A stretch of DNA of 64,000 nucleotides from Alphaproteobacteria bacterium (GTDB taxonomy: Bacteria; Pseudomonadota; Alphaproteobacteria; MPNO01; UBA830), in contig OZ219790.1 of assembly GCA_964291215.2 (NCBI GenBank), positions 544,001-608,000 on the forward strand. The letters are read 5' to 3'. Below, piece by piece: positions 28,729 to 40,157 of the stretch (its first letter is position 1; each line of letters starts with the position of its first letter). Below the pieces are notes generated by a model. It saw only the letters and a list, made by a program, of their open reading frames with translations. It made no database searches and was not told the origin of the DNA. The position numbers and the translations under genes are program-made.

Positions 28729-29997
28729 GATTACGCAACCTGATGTCTGGAAATTGTCGTGAAGCTCTCAGTCATCGAGCTGTTCCCATTTGATCTTGGT
28801 TTCGGTTTCCCATTTTTCGTCGATAAGGACCGCGGTTGAGAGGCGCTCCAACGAGGCGAGGTTCGGAAAGACCCTGACTTTGGAGGTGCGCCGCTTGAGT
28901 TCTTGCTGGATCGGTCGCTCGATGCCGTTCGAGGTTCGCATGCGCTTGCGGTGAGCATCGGGCAAGGTGAAGACAGCGAGCCCCGCATTCTTTTCCAGCC
29001 AGGAAGCCTGGATGCTTGTCGCTGGCCACGAGGGCGCCTAGTTCAGCCTCGGCGGTTTGGAGTGAGGAGGCGTGGCTCCGAGCTGTTTTCCAATACGTTT
29101 CCTGATGTCGTTGTTCGGTGCGTGCTGCACGGCGTTTTGCGCCAAGTGGAATTGGCAGCGCTGCCATGTCGCCGCGCCCAGCACCGCGCGTCGTGCCGCT
29201 TTCAACCCAGCATGGTCATCCGAGACGATGAAGGTCGTACCATGCAGGGCTAGCAAGCTTTCCAGGAAGGCTCTCCAATGGACCTCGGCCTCGGAGAGCG
29301 CCACAGAGAGCCCCAGAACGTGCCTGCAGCCCCTATTCCGATGGCCGAGAGCACTGCAACATCGCGCACAACGCCGTCATGGCGGGCTTTTTCGTAGCGC
29401 GCATTGAGGATCAGGTATTTCATCAGCCCAAGGGGCCGGTTGCGCCAGGCGGCGAGTTCTTCATCGAGCAATCTGGTGGCCCGGCTGACCTGAGAAGAGG
29501 ACAGGCTCCCGAACTCGCGCATTACATCTTCAGCCTGCCGTGTGGAAACACCCTTGATGTACATCTTGGCTACGGCCACGGCGCGAGAAGATCGCTGGCC
29601 GCGTTCAAGCGACTGGGGGGGTCGTCCCCGTGACCGTTTGGCACCTGAACGGCAACAGTGGGGGTGTCGATCCGCTTGTAGCCGTTGGCATAGCCCTGTC
29701 GCTCCGGCGTCCGTTCGTAGTGGCCCGCTTTCAAGTACTGCTCGCGCTCGATTTGCATCGCAAGCTCGAAGAGCTGGCCAAAGACCCGCCCCAGATCCTT
29801 TGCTCCGTTTGCGATCAGATGTTCCAAAACGGCCTCAATCGTCGTAGTGTGTCGCAGGTCCATTCGCTTCCTCCATGAAGGTTTACAGCTCCATGGGATA
29901 GCACGATGGCGCCGCGTTTCACTGGGGGGCTAGCCCCCAGTGAAACGCCTCAAAGCGCAAACCTCAGACAAATTTCCAGACATCAAGTTACAGTACC
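28729..29997 (-). mobile_element. Degenerate IS256-family element, copy 2
   Basis: Near-identical inverted copy of 10036-11295; flanks CCCGTGGA/CCCGTGGG. Confidence 0.9.
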
Positions 29998-30099
29998 CCC
30001 GTGGGGGACGACCCCGCAGCCAGAAAACCCGGCAGCGTCAGATCCGTGCAACCTCCCTCCATCAGCAGTCGGCAAGATTGAACGCAGCGTGGGAAAGTC

Positions 30100-33000
30100 C
30101 TGTCGATGATGCCGGAGCGCAGGTGCCCCGGATACGGGAGTGAGCAATGCTATCCATCCATCAGACGTTGATGGCTTCAATGAGGCCGGGGCACAAGCGC
30201 CCCGGATACTTTGATCGTGTGGGCAAGCCGGCGCCGGCTTGGACCGAGCTTCAATGAGGCCGGGGCGCAAGCGCCCCGGATACGAGCGGGTCGTGAAGAA
30301 GCCAGGGTTTGCGTGCGGGCGCGCTTCAATGAGGCCGGGGCGCAAGCGCCCCGGATACTTCAAAACTGTACTGAATGCCTGGCGCGAATTGGGTGCTTCA
30401 ATGAGGCCGGGGCGCAAGCGCCCCGGATACAGCCGGCGGCGCGGTGGGGAGAGCCAAGGATGGAGCAGAGCTTCAATGAGGCCGGGGCGCAAGCGCCCCG
30501 GATACAAGGGCTGCTGGATCGTGAGCCGCTGTGCCGATCGTGGCTTCAATGAGGCCGGGGCGCAAGCGCCCCGGATACCGCGGCAGGAGTTGACGCGGCT
30601 CACCGCGATGTCCCCGCTTCAATGAGGCCGGGGCGCAAGCGCCCCGGATACCCGGGAATGCCTGGACGGAGGCGGGCGGGAGCGCCACGCTTCAATGAGG
30701 CCGGGGCGCAAGCGCCCCGGATACAAGGGCCAGCCGTCAACCCCCACCGGAATCCTGCGCCCGCTTCAATGAGGCCGGGGCGCAAGCGCCCCGGATACGT
30801 TTTCGTCGTTCAGCGTATGGTGGCGAAGTCATGATGCTTCAATGAGGCCGGGGCGCAAGCGCCCCGGATACGACACCGCCACCCGCACCCCCGCCGACGT
30901 GCTGCGGGCTTCAATGAGGCCGGGGCGCAAGCGCCCCGGATACAAACCCCGTTGATTTCGACGTTGTACCCGGCCCACGCGCTTCAATGAGGCCGGGGCG
31001 CAAGCGCCCCGGATACGTATTGGGCACGGGTCCGGAGGGCGACGCGTGGCTGAGCTTCAATGAGGCCGGGGCGCAAGCGCCCCGGATACGTCGGCGTCCG
31101 GGTAGTCGGCCGCGGTCAGTTCCGGGCTTCAATGAGGCCGGGGCGCAAGCGCCCCGGATACCTGGCCGACGACCAGGGTCTTGACGTTGTCGGCCGCTCG
31201 CTTCAATGAGGCCGGGGCGCAAGCGCCCCGGATACCACGAAAATCCGCAATTTCATGGCGCCCCCCCCCCTCGCTTCAATGAGGCCGGGGCGCAAGCGCC
31301 CCGGATACCGATCCGGTCATAGATCAATCGCGATTGATAGCTCGCGCTTCAATGAGGCCGGGGCGCAAGCGCCCCGGATACGGCCCAAGTCCTGGGGCTG
31401 TCGGCGTACAGGACGTACGCTTCAATGAGGCCGGGGCGCAAGCGCCCCGGATACCGCGCAGAACATGCAGGCGGCGGTCACGTTTGCCATGCTTCAATGA
31501 GGCCGGGGCGCAAGCGCCCCGGATACGAGGGGCGGTCGGTAGACGGCGCGGAGCGGGAGCTTGCTTCAATGAGGCCGGGGCGCAAGCGCCCCGGATACGC
31601 ACGTTATCGACCTTGGGGAAAGCAGGGATGTTTCGGGCTTCAATGAGGCCGGGGCGCAAGCGCCCCGGATACCGATCGCCGGCGCGGTATCAGAGCCTTC
31701 GATGCCGTGGCTTCAATGAGGCCGGGGCGCAAGCGCCCCGGATACTCTGTAATGGCGCACTCGGGTTGTCCGAAGAGGCGCCGCTTCAATGAGGCCGGGG
31801 CGCAAGCGCCCCGGATACATCGTTGGTGGCAGGACGCTCCTCTCAGGATCTACAACGCTTCAATGAGGCCGGGGCGCAAGCGCCCCGGATACGCGGCCGT
31901 CTGGCCCGCTAACACCCCGTCGATCTCGGTGCTTCAATGAGGCCGGGGCGCAAGCGCCCCGGATACAATGCAGATCACGTACGCATCGTCGGCGCTGATC
32001 ACCGCTTCAATGAGGCCGGGGCGCAAGCGCCCCGGATACTCACCCATTTCCTCGAATATCCGATTGAGCCAGCCGCGCGCTTCAATGAGGCCGGGGCGCA
32101 AGCGCCCCGGATACGCCGAGACTGGCGTGGTTGATTGGGGGGCGACAAAATGCTTCAATGAGGCCGGGGCGCAAGCGCCCCGGATACGGAAGAGGCGCTT
32201 GCTGCATTCCAGGAGTTGTCGGTGCTTCAATGAGGCCGGGGCGCAAGCGCCCCGGATACTCTGTAATGGCGCACTCGGGTTGTCCGAAGAGGCGCCGCTT
32301 CAATGAGGCCGGGGCGCAAGCGCCCCGGATACCGCGAGTTCGCCTTCAAGACCCCCGTCGCCGCCATGCTTCAATGAGGCCGGGGCGCAAGCGCCCCGGA
32401 TACGTCGGATTCTCAGTGGACCGCGGCCCACGAGCTCTACGGGCTTCAATGAGGCCGGGGCGCAAGCGCCCCGGATACAGCGATGACAGACCGCAGTGAC
32501 GCCGTGCGGCGCGAGCTTCAATGAGGCCGGGGCGCAAGCGCCCCGGATACGCAATAGTCGGAAAGCGATGATCCAGGCCAAAATGCTTCAATGAGGCCGG
32601 GGCGCAAGCGCCCCGGATACCGCGCGCGTTATGCGGATCAGCCAAATTCCGACCCGAGCTTCAATGAGGCCGGGGCGCAAGCGCCCCGGATACAGGTCGA
32701 AGCTGCGGAAGATGCTGTTGAGGCCGCCGAGGCTTCAATGAGGCCGGGGCGCAAGCGCCCCGGATACCCGCATTTTCGGTCCATTGTGCCCCGTGGGAGC
32801 CCGGGGCTTCAATGAGGCCGGGGCGCAAGCGCCCCGGATACCTGCTTGATGCGGCGATATCGGAGGAAAAAAGCTATGCTTCAATGAGGCCGGGGCGCAA
32901 GCGCCCCGGATACGTGGCGCGGGATTGCGCCGTTCGATGATTCAAATAGCTTCAATGAGGCCGGGGCGCAAGCGCCCCGGATACTCGCCCGCTCCGCATG

Positions 33001-36000
33001 CTCGATGGAACGAGGCATCCAGCTTCAATGAGGCCGGGGCGCAAGCGCCCCGGATACCGGGCTGGAACATCGCGGCGGGCAAAGAACTCGCATAGCTTCA
33101 ATGAGGCCGGGGCGCAAGCGCCCCGGATACACGCCGACGAAGGTGTTCGACGATCTTTATCTGGCGCTTCAATGAGGCCGGGGCGCAAGCGCCCCGGATA
33201 CATAGCGCGTGAGACCAGCCTGAATCCGCTCTTCAAGCTTCAATGAGGCCGGGGCGCAAGCGCCCCGGATACCTGGCAACGCCTTCAAGACTGGCAAGAT
33301 TGGTCATGTGCTTCAATGAGGCCGGGGCGCAAGCGCCCCGGATACACTGGGAGATCAGAGGTGGCTAAGACGGCCTACGGGCTGCTTCAATGAGGCCGGG
33401 GCGCAAGCGCCCCGGATACGACGCCCACCACACTGGAGATTCTGACGGGTGCGCGCGCTTCAATGAGGCCGGGGCGCAAGCGCCCCGGATACCACTCGAA
33501 GCGCGACGACGCGCAATACGAGGCGCTGCTTCAATGAGGCCGGGGCGCAAGCGCCCCGGATACCGCGATACATTCAGGGCCGCGGGCTCCTGGCGATGGC
33601 GCTTCAATGAGGCCGGGGCGCAAGCGCCCCGGATACCCAGGGCGCACAGGGGCAAAATGGGAGCGGCTGAACTCGCTTCAATGAGGCCGGGGCGCAAGCG
33701 CCCCGGATACGACGGAATACTCGTAGCCGCTCTCATCAGCCAGCCGTGCGCTTCAATGAGGCCGGGGCGCAAGCGCCCCGGATACTGAGTTCCGCGGGTT
33801 TGGGAAACGGTGGGGCCATCTGCTTCAATGAGGCCGGGGCGCAAGCGCCCCGGATACCTCGCCCGGGTTGCCAGCGATCAGCGCGGCAAGGGGCTTCAAT
33901 GAGGCCGGGGCGCAAGCGCCCCGGATACTCGAATTGCACACTCGCGATCAGCGTCCCGACGGGCGCTTCAATGAGGCCGGGGCGCAAGCGCCCCGGATAC
34001 GCCGGCGCCGTACGCGCCGTCCTCGATAACATCGGTGCTTCAATGAGGCCGGGGCGCAAGCGCCCCGGATACCACTGCCATTCGTCCCCGCAGATTCTAC
34101 CGATCCTAGGCTTCAATGAGGCCGGGGCGCAAGCGCCCCGGATACTGCTTCCTGGTCGGCGAGCAGCGCGTTTGCCTGACGCTGCTTCAATGAGGCCGGG
34201 GCGCAAGCGCCCCGGATACCCCTGGGCTCCATTTGGAGCTCCCTAACATCTTTGGAGAAGCTTCAATGAGGCCGGGGCGCAAGCGCCCCGGATACGCATC
34301 TTCCTCAGCTTCAACCTTCCATCCGTCGACTCGCTTCAATGAGGCCGGGGCGCAAGCGCCCCGGATACAGGTTCGCAATCTCAAGGCCGACTTTGAGGCT
34401 GCCAAGCTTCAATGAGGCCGGGGCGCAAGCGCCCCGGATACTGCGTCTCGTGCGCCCGGGTTGCCATGGCGTCGTCGCTTCAATGAGGCCGGGGCGCAAG
34501 CGCCCCGGATACCGAGAAATCGGCGATAGTCGCGGCCACGCAGGCCATTGCTTCAATGAGGCCGGGGCGCAAGCGCCCCGGATACTTTTGCGCTGGTCGC
34601 GCTCGAGGAAGTGTAAGGCAGGGCTTCAATGAGGCCGGGGCGCAAGCGCCCCGGATACTCATGCGCAGCTGAGCCGGGAAATCGGCGTGGTGGCGCTTCA
34701 ATGAGGCCGGGGCGCAAGCGCCCCGGATACAAGGTGGTCAACGGCCTCCAGGGCACCGGGTCCGTGGCTTCAATGAGGCCGGGGCGCAAGCGCCCCGGAT
34801 ACCTCGCATCGTTTGCCGGCGGAATCTCGGGCAAGCGCTTGCTTCAATGAGGCCGGGGCGCAAGCGCCCCGGATACCCAATCTCCTAGGTTGAGGGATCT
34901 AGTCATCGATCAGGCTTCAATGAGGCCGGGGCGCAAGCGCCCCGGATACGAGCGTGGCGAACGTGCGCTACACGGTGGTCGGTTCCGGGCTTCAATGAGG
35001 CCGGGGCGCAAGCGCCCCGGATACAGGGCAGCATAGACATTATTCGGGCCCATAGCGGCCAGCTTCAATGAGGCCGGGGCGCAAGCGCCCCGGATACTAG
35101 CAAAAGTGGAACGCGAGATCGAGATCGGCAACAGAGCTTCAATGAGGCCGGGGCGCAAGCGCCCCGGATACTCACAACCAAGGACAACGCCCCGTCGGCG
35201 CTGTTTCCGCTTCAATGAGGCCGGGGCGCAAGCGCCCCGGATACGAACTGGTGTTCGCCAGGGCGCACCTCAGACAGACAAAGCTTCAATGAGGCCGGGG
35301 CGCAAGCGCCCCGGATACCACGCCTCCCAGCGTGGATCGTCCTCGCGAATCTGAGCTTCAATGAGGCCGGGGCGCAAGCGCCCCGGATACGCGGACGATC
35401 AGCAGGATACTTCGCAAGACGTCGACGCTTCAATGAGGCCGGGGCGCAAGCGCCCCGGATACAGTGCCTGGGAGCGCGAGACTACGTTTACCATCCGGCT
35501 TCAATGAGGCCGGGGCGCAAGCGCCCCGGATACTCAGATATGCACGCGTCTTCTCATCGCTGGCGGCATAGCTTCAATGAGGCCGGGGCGCAAGCGCCCC
35601 GGATACCTCGTCGTGTCGCTGGTGCCCTCGCCCTCCGCGATGGCTTCAATGAGGCCGGGGCGCAAGCGCCCCGGATACCAGCACGCGATGCCCACGCCGC
35701 TGTTCACATCGCCGCGCTTCAATGAGGCCGGGGCGCAAGCGCCCCGGATACCTGGACCATGATGTCGACGATCCTGAGCCCGATATCCCGCTTCAATGAG
35801 GCCGGGGCGCAAGCGCCCCGGATACCCGCGTGCATCGCCGGATACGTGTTACAGCTAGGCTGCAGCTTCAATGAGGCCGGGGCGCAAGCGCCCCGGATAC
35901 CGCGATGGTCGCGATGCTGACGGCTCTCGAGGATCGTCGCTTCAATGAGGCCGGGGCGCAAGCGCCCCGGATACCGGCAAAGTCATCAAGAACGAACCCA

Positions 36001-37216
36001 CCGCCAGCCTGCTTCAATGAGGCCGGGGCGCAAGCGCCCCGGATACTCGAACCCCGATAATGCCACAGGCCAATTCGGTACCGTGCTTCAATGAGGCCGG
36101 GGCGCAAGCGCCCCGGATACATCAAATGAACGACACCACCGCCTTCAGTCACTACTCGCTTCAATGAGGCCGGGGCGCAAGCGCCCCGGATACGATCTGC
36201 AGGGCCGAAGCCGGGCGCTCGCCAACCTGATGCTTCAATGAGGCCGGGGCGCAAGCGCCCCGGATACTCGATTACGGCGGCCATCGCGCTTCGATCCCCT
36301 GGTCGCTTCAATGAGGCCGGGGCGCAAGCGCCCCGGATACCTGGCTGCAGCGTTCGGCGGCTCGGGCGGCGGTCCGCTTCAATGAGGCCGGGGCGCAAGC
36401 GCCCCGGATACCCGTCTGTGGCAGACCAACTTCGGGGTTTCGCCGGAGCTTCAATGAGGCCGGGGCGCAAGCGCCCCGGATACACCGCATCTCCGGTTCT
36501 ATCGATGGCGCGATCGCGAGCTTCAATGAGGCCGGGGCGCAAGCGCCCCGGATACTTCTCAGCGCAAATCCGGTACTCCGCATCCCTCAGCGCGCTTCAA
36601 TGAGGCCGGGGCGCAAGCGCCCCGGATACTAGCCGGATTGTCCGGCGGGAAGGCAGCAATGATAGCCGCTTCAATGAGGCCGGGGCGCAAGCGCCCCGGA
36701 TACTCGGCGAGATTCTCACTGAGATCAGCATCGCGGCCAAGGCTTCAATGAGGCCGGGGCGCAAGCGCCCCGGATACCGCCGATCGAGGGCGTGGAGAAA
36801 ATCTGGGTCGACGGCGCTTCAATGAGGCCGGGGCGCAAGCGCCCCGGATACCACCCGAGGAGACGCACAGCGGCCAGAGGATTCGACGGCTTCAATGAGG
36901 CCGGGGCGCAAGCGCCCCGGATACCCCAAATTCGAGGCATGGTTGTCCCTCCTATACGAGTTGCTTCAATGAGGCCGGGGCGCAAGCGCCCCGGATACTA
37001 CGCGGGCGGCCCCAAAAATGAGGCCCTTTCGCCAAGCTTCAATGAGGCCGGGGCGCAAGCGCCCCGGATACTCCGTATTGTTTACGAGGCCATCCCGACG
37101 CGCGCCGGGCTTCAATGAGGCCGGGGCGCAAGCGCCCCGGATACCCACTACGTACCCAGCGCGTTCGTCGACATCTACGAGCTTCAATGAGGCCGGGGCG
37201 CAAGCGCCCCGGATAC
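30100..37216 (-). CRISPR. CRISPR array: 97 repeats of 36 bp (30174-37216) plus a degenerate terminal repeat ending at 30135; spacers 34-40 bp
   Basis: Repeat in inferred transcribed sense GTATCCGGGGCGCTTGCGCCCCGGCCTCATTGAAGC; decay at the left end and a leader toward cas2 give the orientation; counted by hand. Confidence 0.98.
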
Positions 37217-37474
37217 AGGTACTATACAACCTGTTGGCCACCAAGACAAAATCCGGTCGATTTCGAGCGGTTCGGGAATTTCCCCACCACAGGCATCTTT
37301 TCGCTACCTCGCGTGTCCTGGTGACTGCACGATGGCTCCAGGAATCAATATGTTGCGCAGTTTCTAGCAGTTCCCGGCAATTCTGCGTTGCCTCGCCATT
37401 CGAACCGCCTCGGCGGAACTCGCAAAGGCTGATTTCGGCGTCAGGCGCCGTAGTCGCTTGAAGCGGATACACCT
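37217..37474 (-). promoter_or_regulatory. CRISPR leader with IHF consensus site
   Basis: Lower-GC segment between cas2 and the first repeat; AATCAATATGTTG (37343-37355) matches WATCAANNNNTTR. Confidence 0.75.
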
Positions 37475-37768
37475 TCATACAACTACTGCCTGACGTTCGA
37501 TCGCCGAAAAGGTCTTGCCGATGCTCATGACGGCAATATCGGTTTTGTCCACTGGACCGATGTCGATCACCAGAACGTGATCCTCGCCAGCCTTGACGAG
37601 TTCGCGCAGCTTCGTTTCAAGCTCGGCACGGCGCCGACGCGACAGGCGGCACTGGAACACCGATAGCTGGAGCCACTCGCCAAACCCGTTCATGGTCTTG
37701 AATACGCGCCGCCAGCGTCGCGTATCCGAGATGTCGTATGTCACGATGTAGGTGCGCTCATCACTCAT
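37475..37768 (-). CDS. cas2: Cas2
   Basis: YIVTYDISD, WLQLSVFQC. Confidence 0.97.
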   Translation of the reverse strand: MSDERTYIVTYDISDTRRWRRVFKTMNGFGEWLQLSVFQCRLSRRRRAELETKLRELVKAGEDHVLVIDIGPVDKTDIAVMSIGKTFSAIERQAVVV

Positions 37769-37780
37769 GGTGGCTGCCTG

Positions 37781-39523
37781 TCATCGGGGAAGGTAGTGCG
37801 GATAGTCGGGCAATTCGCCCAACAAGTGGCGGCACAGCAGGCGCGCCTGGAGCAGCAAAAGCCGTCGCATGCTGAGCCGGTAGCCGAACAGCGGGTGAGT
37901 GGTTTCCTGAGAGAGCCGTCGCTCGAACGCGCCGACGAAACGACGGCGCCCTGCCGGTGTCAGAGACGTGCCCGTCGGAGCGCTCACGAAGTCCTCCGGC
38001 GAGACCTCGCCGGTGTTGACCACCGTTAGGACTACCGAATCTGCGATGATCGGCCGAAACGGCTCCATCACGTCGAGGGTAAGCGCAGGCTTTCCGTATC
38101 GGGGCGCATGGAAAAAGCCTCGATAGGGGTCAAGGCCAACTGTGGCGAGCGCGACGGTCAGGTGGCGCGTCAGCATGGCATATGCGAGCGACAGCATGGC
38201 ATTTACGGGATCGCTCGGAGGGCGCCGGTTGCGGGCGTCGAAACGGAACGGCGCCAGGCCATTTCCGGCCTCCGGCGATTCCCTGACGCCCGGCGGCACC
38301 AGCAGATCAGAAAATGCACGGAAGTATGTCGCTGCCGCGTCACCTTCCAGTCCGAGCAATGCACTCACCGCAGCTGCGCGTTTCGTCGACCTGCGGGCAG
38401 CGTTGAGCCGGTCCAGCACGGCCTTGCGCGGATCGCGATCACCGCGCCAGTTACGGCGCACAATGGTTCGCTGGTTCACGATCTTGGCGGCAACCAGATT
38501 TCGGGCAAAGGCCAGACAATAGGTCGAGTCGAAGCTGCGCTGATACTGCGCCGTTCTGACCTCCACATTTCGGTGGCCGATTCCGTGGGCGATGCCGCGA
38601 AACCAGCCGCCGTGACTGTGGAAGGCGACCGGGATTTCGCGGTCCATGAGTGCGGCAAGCGCGGGCGTTGTGATCGAGACATTCCCGAACAGCGCCACAT
38701 CGGACACGTCGTTCAGCCGCACCGTGGTGTCACCCTGCTCCCCGTCAGCGACCTTCAGAGTTTCGCCTTCTTTGGAGACCCGTGCCCTCTGCGACTGGAC
38801 GACCAGCGGCAGCGCCTCGTCCGCCCCGATGGCAATGGGGCGGGGCGCCAGGCCGGAGCCCCCGATCGCACGCACCTCGTCCGGCAGGCAAATAGACACG
38901 AGCGCGCAGCGTGGACATTTCGGGCTGTCGCTCAAGGGCGGCGGAATACGGCCGTGGGCCACCGTCAGGCGCAACCGGCTCACCGCCTCCCGCGCGGCGA
39001 GGCGGAGCTCATCGTCCAGGACAATCCGGACGCGCTCACGACTTTCAGCATACCAGACGGCGCCTTCGTTGACCTTGTAGCCGTGCTCTTCAAGCAGCAG
39101 CGCCTGAAGGCAGACCTGGATACGCTCCGGTTCGTAGACGCCCTTCGCCACATGGGGCCGCTTGCCGCGTTTGTAGTCGACCGGCGTAACCGCGCCGTTC
39201 TCGGCCTCGGCGATGTCGATCTTCGCGATCACACCGAGCTTGTCGGACGAAAGCGTCAGGGAGCGACTGACAACCTTGTTATCATCGGTTTCCAGAGCTT
39301 CGGGATCGGGCAGCGGTTTGTTGGGTCGGTCGACCCGAGTATGGACCCGCCGCCCGTCAACCGTGTCTCCGGTCTCCGACCATTCGGCCTGACCCCACAT
39401 AAGATAGGCGAGCCGCGGGCAATAGACGAACTCGTTCACCATCCTTGCCGGGACCAGCGGATGCTCGCCTGTTGCTGAAGGCGCGGGAAGATGGAGTTCG
39501 AGTTGTTGGAACGACAAAGGCAT
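37781..39523 (-). CDS. cas1: Cas4/Cas1 fusion typical of type I-G
   Basis: Cas4: YCPRL, KIDI...PVDYKRG, KCPRCALVSIC. Cas1: LLGLEG, RNRRPPSDPVNAMLS, GFFH, DVMEPFRP. Confidence 0.96.
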   Translation of the reverse strand: MPLSFQQLELHLPAPSATGEHPLVPARMVNEFVYCPRLAYLMWGQAEWSETGDTVDGRRVHTRVDRPNKPLPDPEALETDDNKVVSRSLTLSSDKLGVIAKIDIAEAENGAVTPVDYKRGKRPHVAKGVYEPERIQVCLQALLLEEHGYKVNEGAVWYAESRERVRIVLDDELRLAAREAVSRLRLTVAHGRIPPPLSDSPKCPRCALVSICLPDEVRAIGGSGLAPRPIAIGADEALPLVVQSQRARVSKEGETLKVADGEQGDTTVRLNDVSDVALFGNVSITTPALAALMDREIPVAFHSHGGWFRGIAHGIGHRNVEVRTAQYQRSFDSTYCLAFARNLVAAKIVNQRTIVRRNWRGDRDPRKAVLDRLNAARRSTKRAAAVSALLGLEGDAAATYFRAFSDLLVPPGVRESPEAGNGLAPFRFDARNRRPPSDPVNAMLSLAYAMLTRHLTVALATVGLDPYRGFFHAPRYGKPALTLDVMEPFRPIIADSVVLTVVNTGEVSPEDFVSAPTGTSLTPAGRRRFVGAFERRLSQETTHPLFGYRLSMRRLLLLQARLLCRHLLGELPDYPHYLPR

Positions 39524-39577
39524 GCATCCTGATTTAACGACAATCGTGCTGTGGCGTCGGCAGGTCTGTCTGTACGC

Positions 39578-39669
39578 CACTCAATGAGTCTGGTTCATCG
39601 TCGACCCGAAGTACCATGCGCACAAATTGCCACTGCATTACAGCCTCTACGCTCCAATAAGAGCTGGAT
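39578..39669 (-). other. Candidate degenerate repeat-spacer-repeat unit upstream of cas4/cas1
   Basis: 39578-39614 matches the array repeat at about 22/36; 39651-39667 at 13/16 with one gap; the two are 36 nt apart. Confidence 0.45.
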
Positions 39670-40157
39670 GGGTGCAAGTCTGGTGGGCGATCGCAACCGC
39701 CGCTGCCCGGCCCTTTCGACCCGCGCAGCCCCGTCGTCAAGGCGCTCGATCCACGACCTCAAAACCTCGCAGCCCAGCGCGTTCACGTCCTCCTGAACAC
39801 GCTGCTCCATCTCCTCGAACGCCGCCGGGCAGGGCTCGACGCCAAGCGGCGCACGGCACACCGCCGCCAATCCCCTCAACGCTTCCAGAACACCAGCCGA
39901 CAAGCCCAGCAGATCGATAGACGAAGACAGCGCAGGCTGCGACACTGGCATGGGACCGCTCCCGAGGTTGACTTGAGCACTGCATCCTACCTCGCCTCTG
40001 GCGGAGCGGTCCCGCACAACGCACCGACAGCGCCCTACCGTGACAAAAGCAGACCCGCCAACCCCCGATTGTCATAAACCCCATAATCGGGAAGCCAAAA
40101 CAAAACCACAATCCTGACAAATCAACCGGTTGTGATCGCCACATCAGACTTGCACCC
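39670..40157 (-). mobile_element. Internally deleted ISKra4-like element (488 bp) with ~30-bp terminal inverted repeats
   Basis: GGGTGCAAGTCTGGTGGGCGATCGCAACCG and CGGTTGTGATCGCCACATCAGACTTGCACCC; transposase N-terminal remnant FEEMEQRV...LGCEVLRSWIERLDDG. Confidence 0.75.

Noticed and set aside
33858-34476. Two spacers share CGCCCGGGTTGCCA
   Set aside because: A 14-nt GC-rich match with unrelated flanks; chance is plausible.
30174-37216. Self-targeting spacers against this window
   Set aside because: None noticed by eye; this needs a proper BLASTN and is not excluded.
29983-37478. Many ORFs with repeating YPGRLRPGLIEA / MRPGRKRPGY peptides
   Set aside because: They are translations of CRISPR repeats, not proteins.
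37781-39523. Reverse-transcriptase-linked adaptation for the type III module
   Set aside because: The fusion is Cas4-Cas1; I saw no RT motifs in the window.
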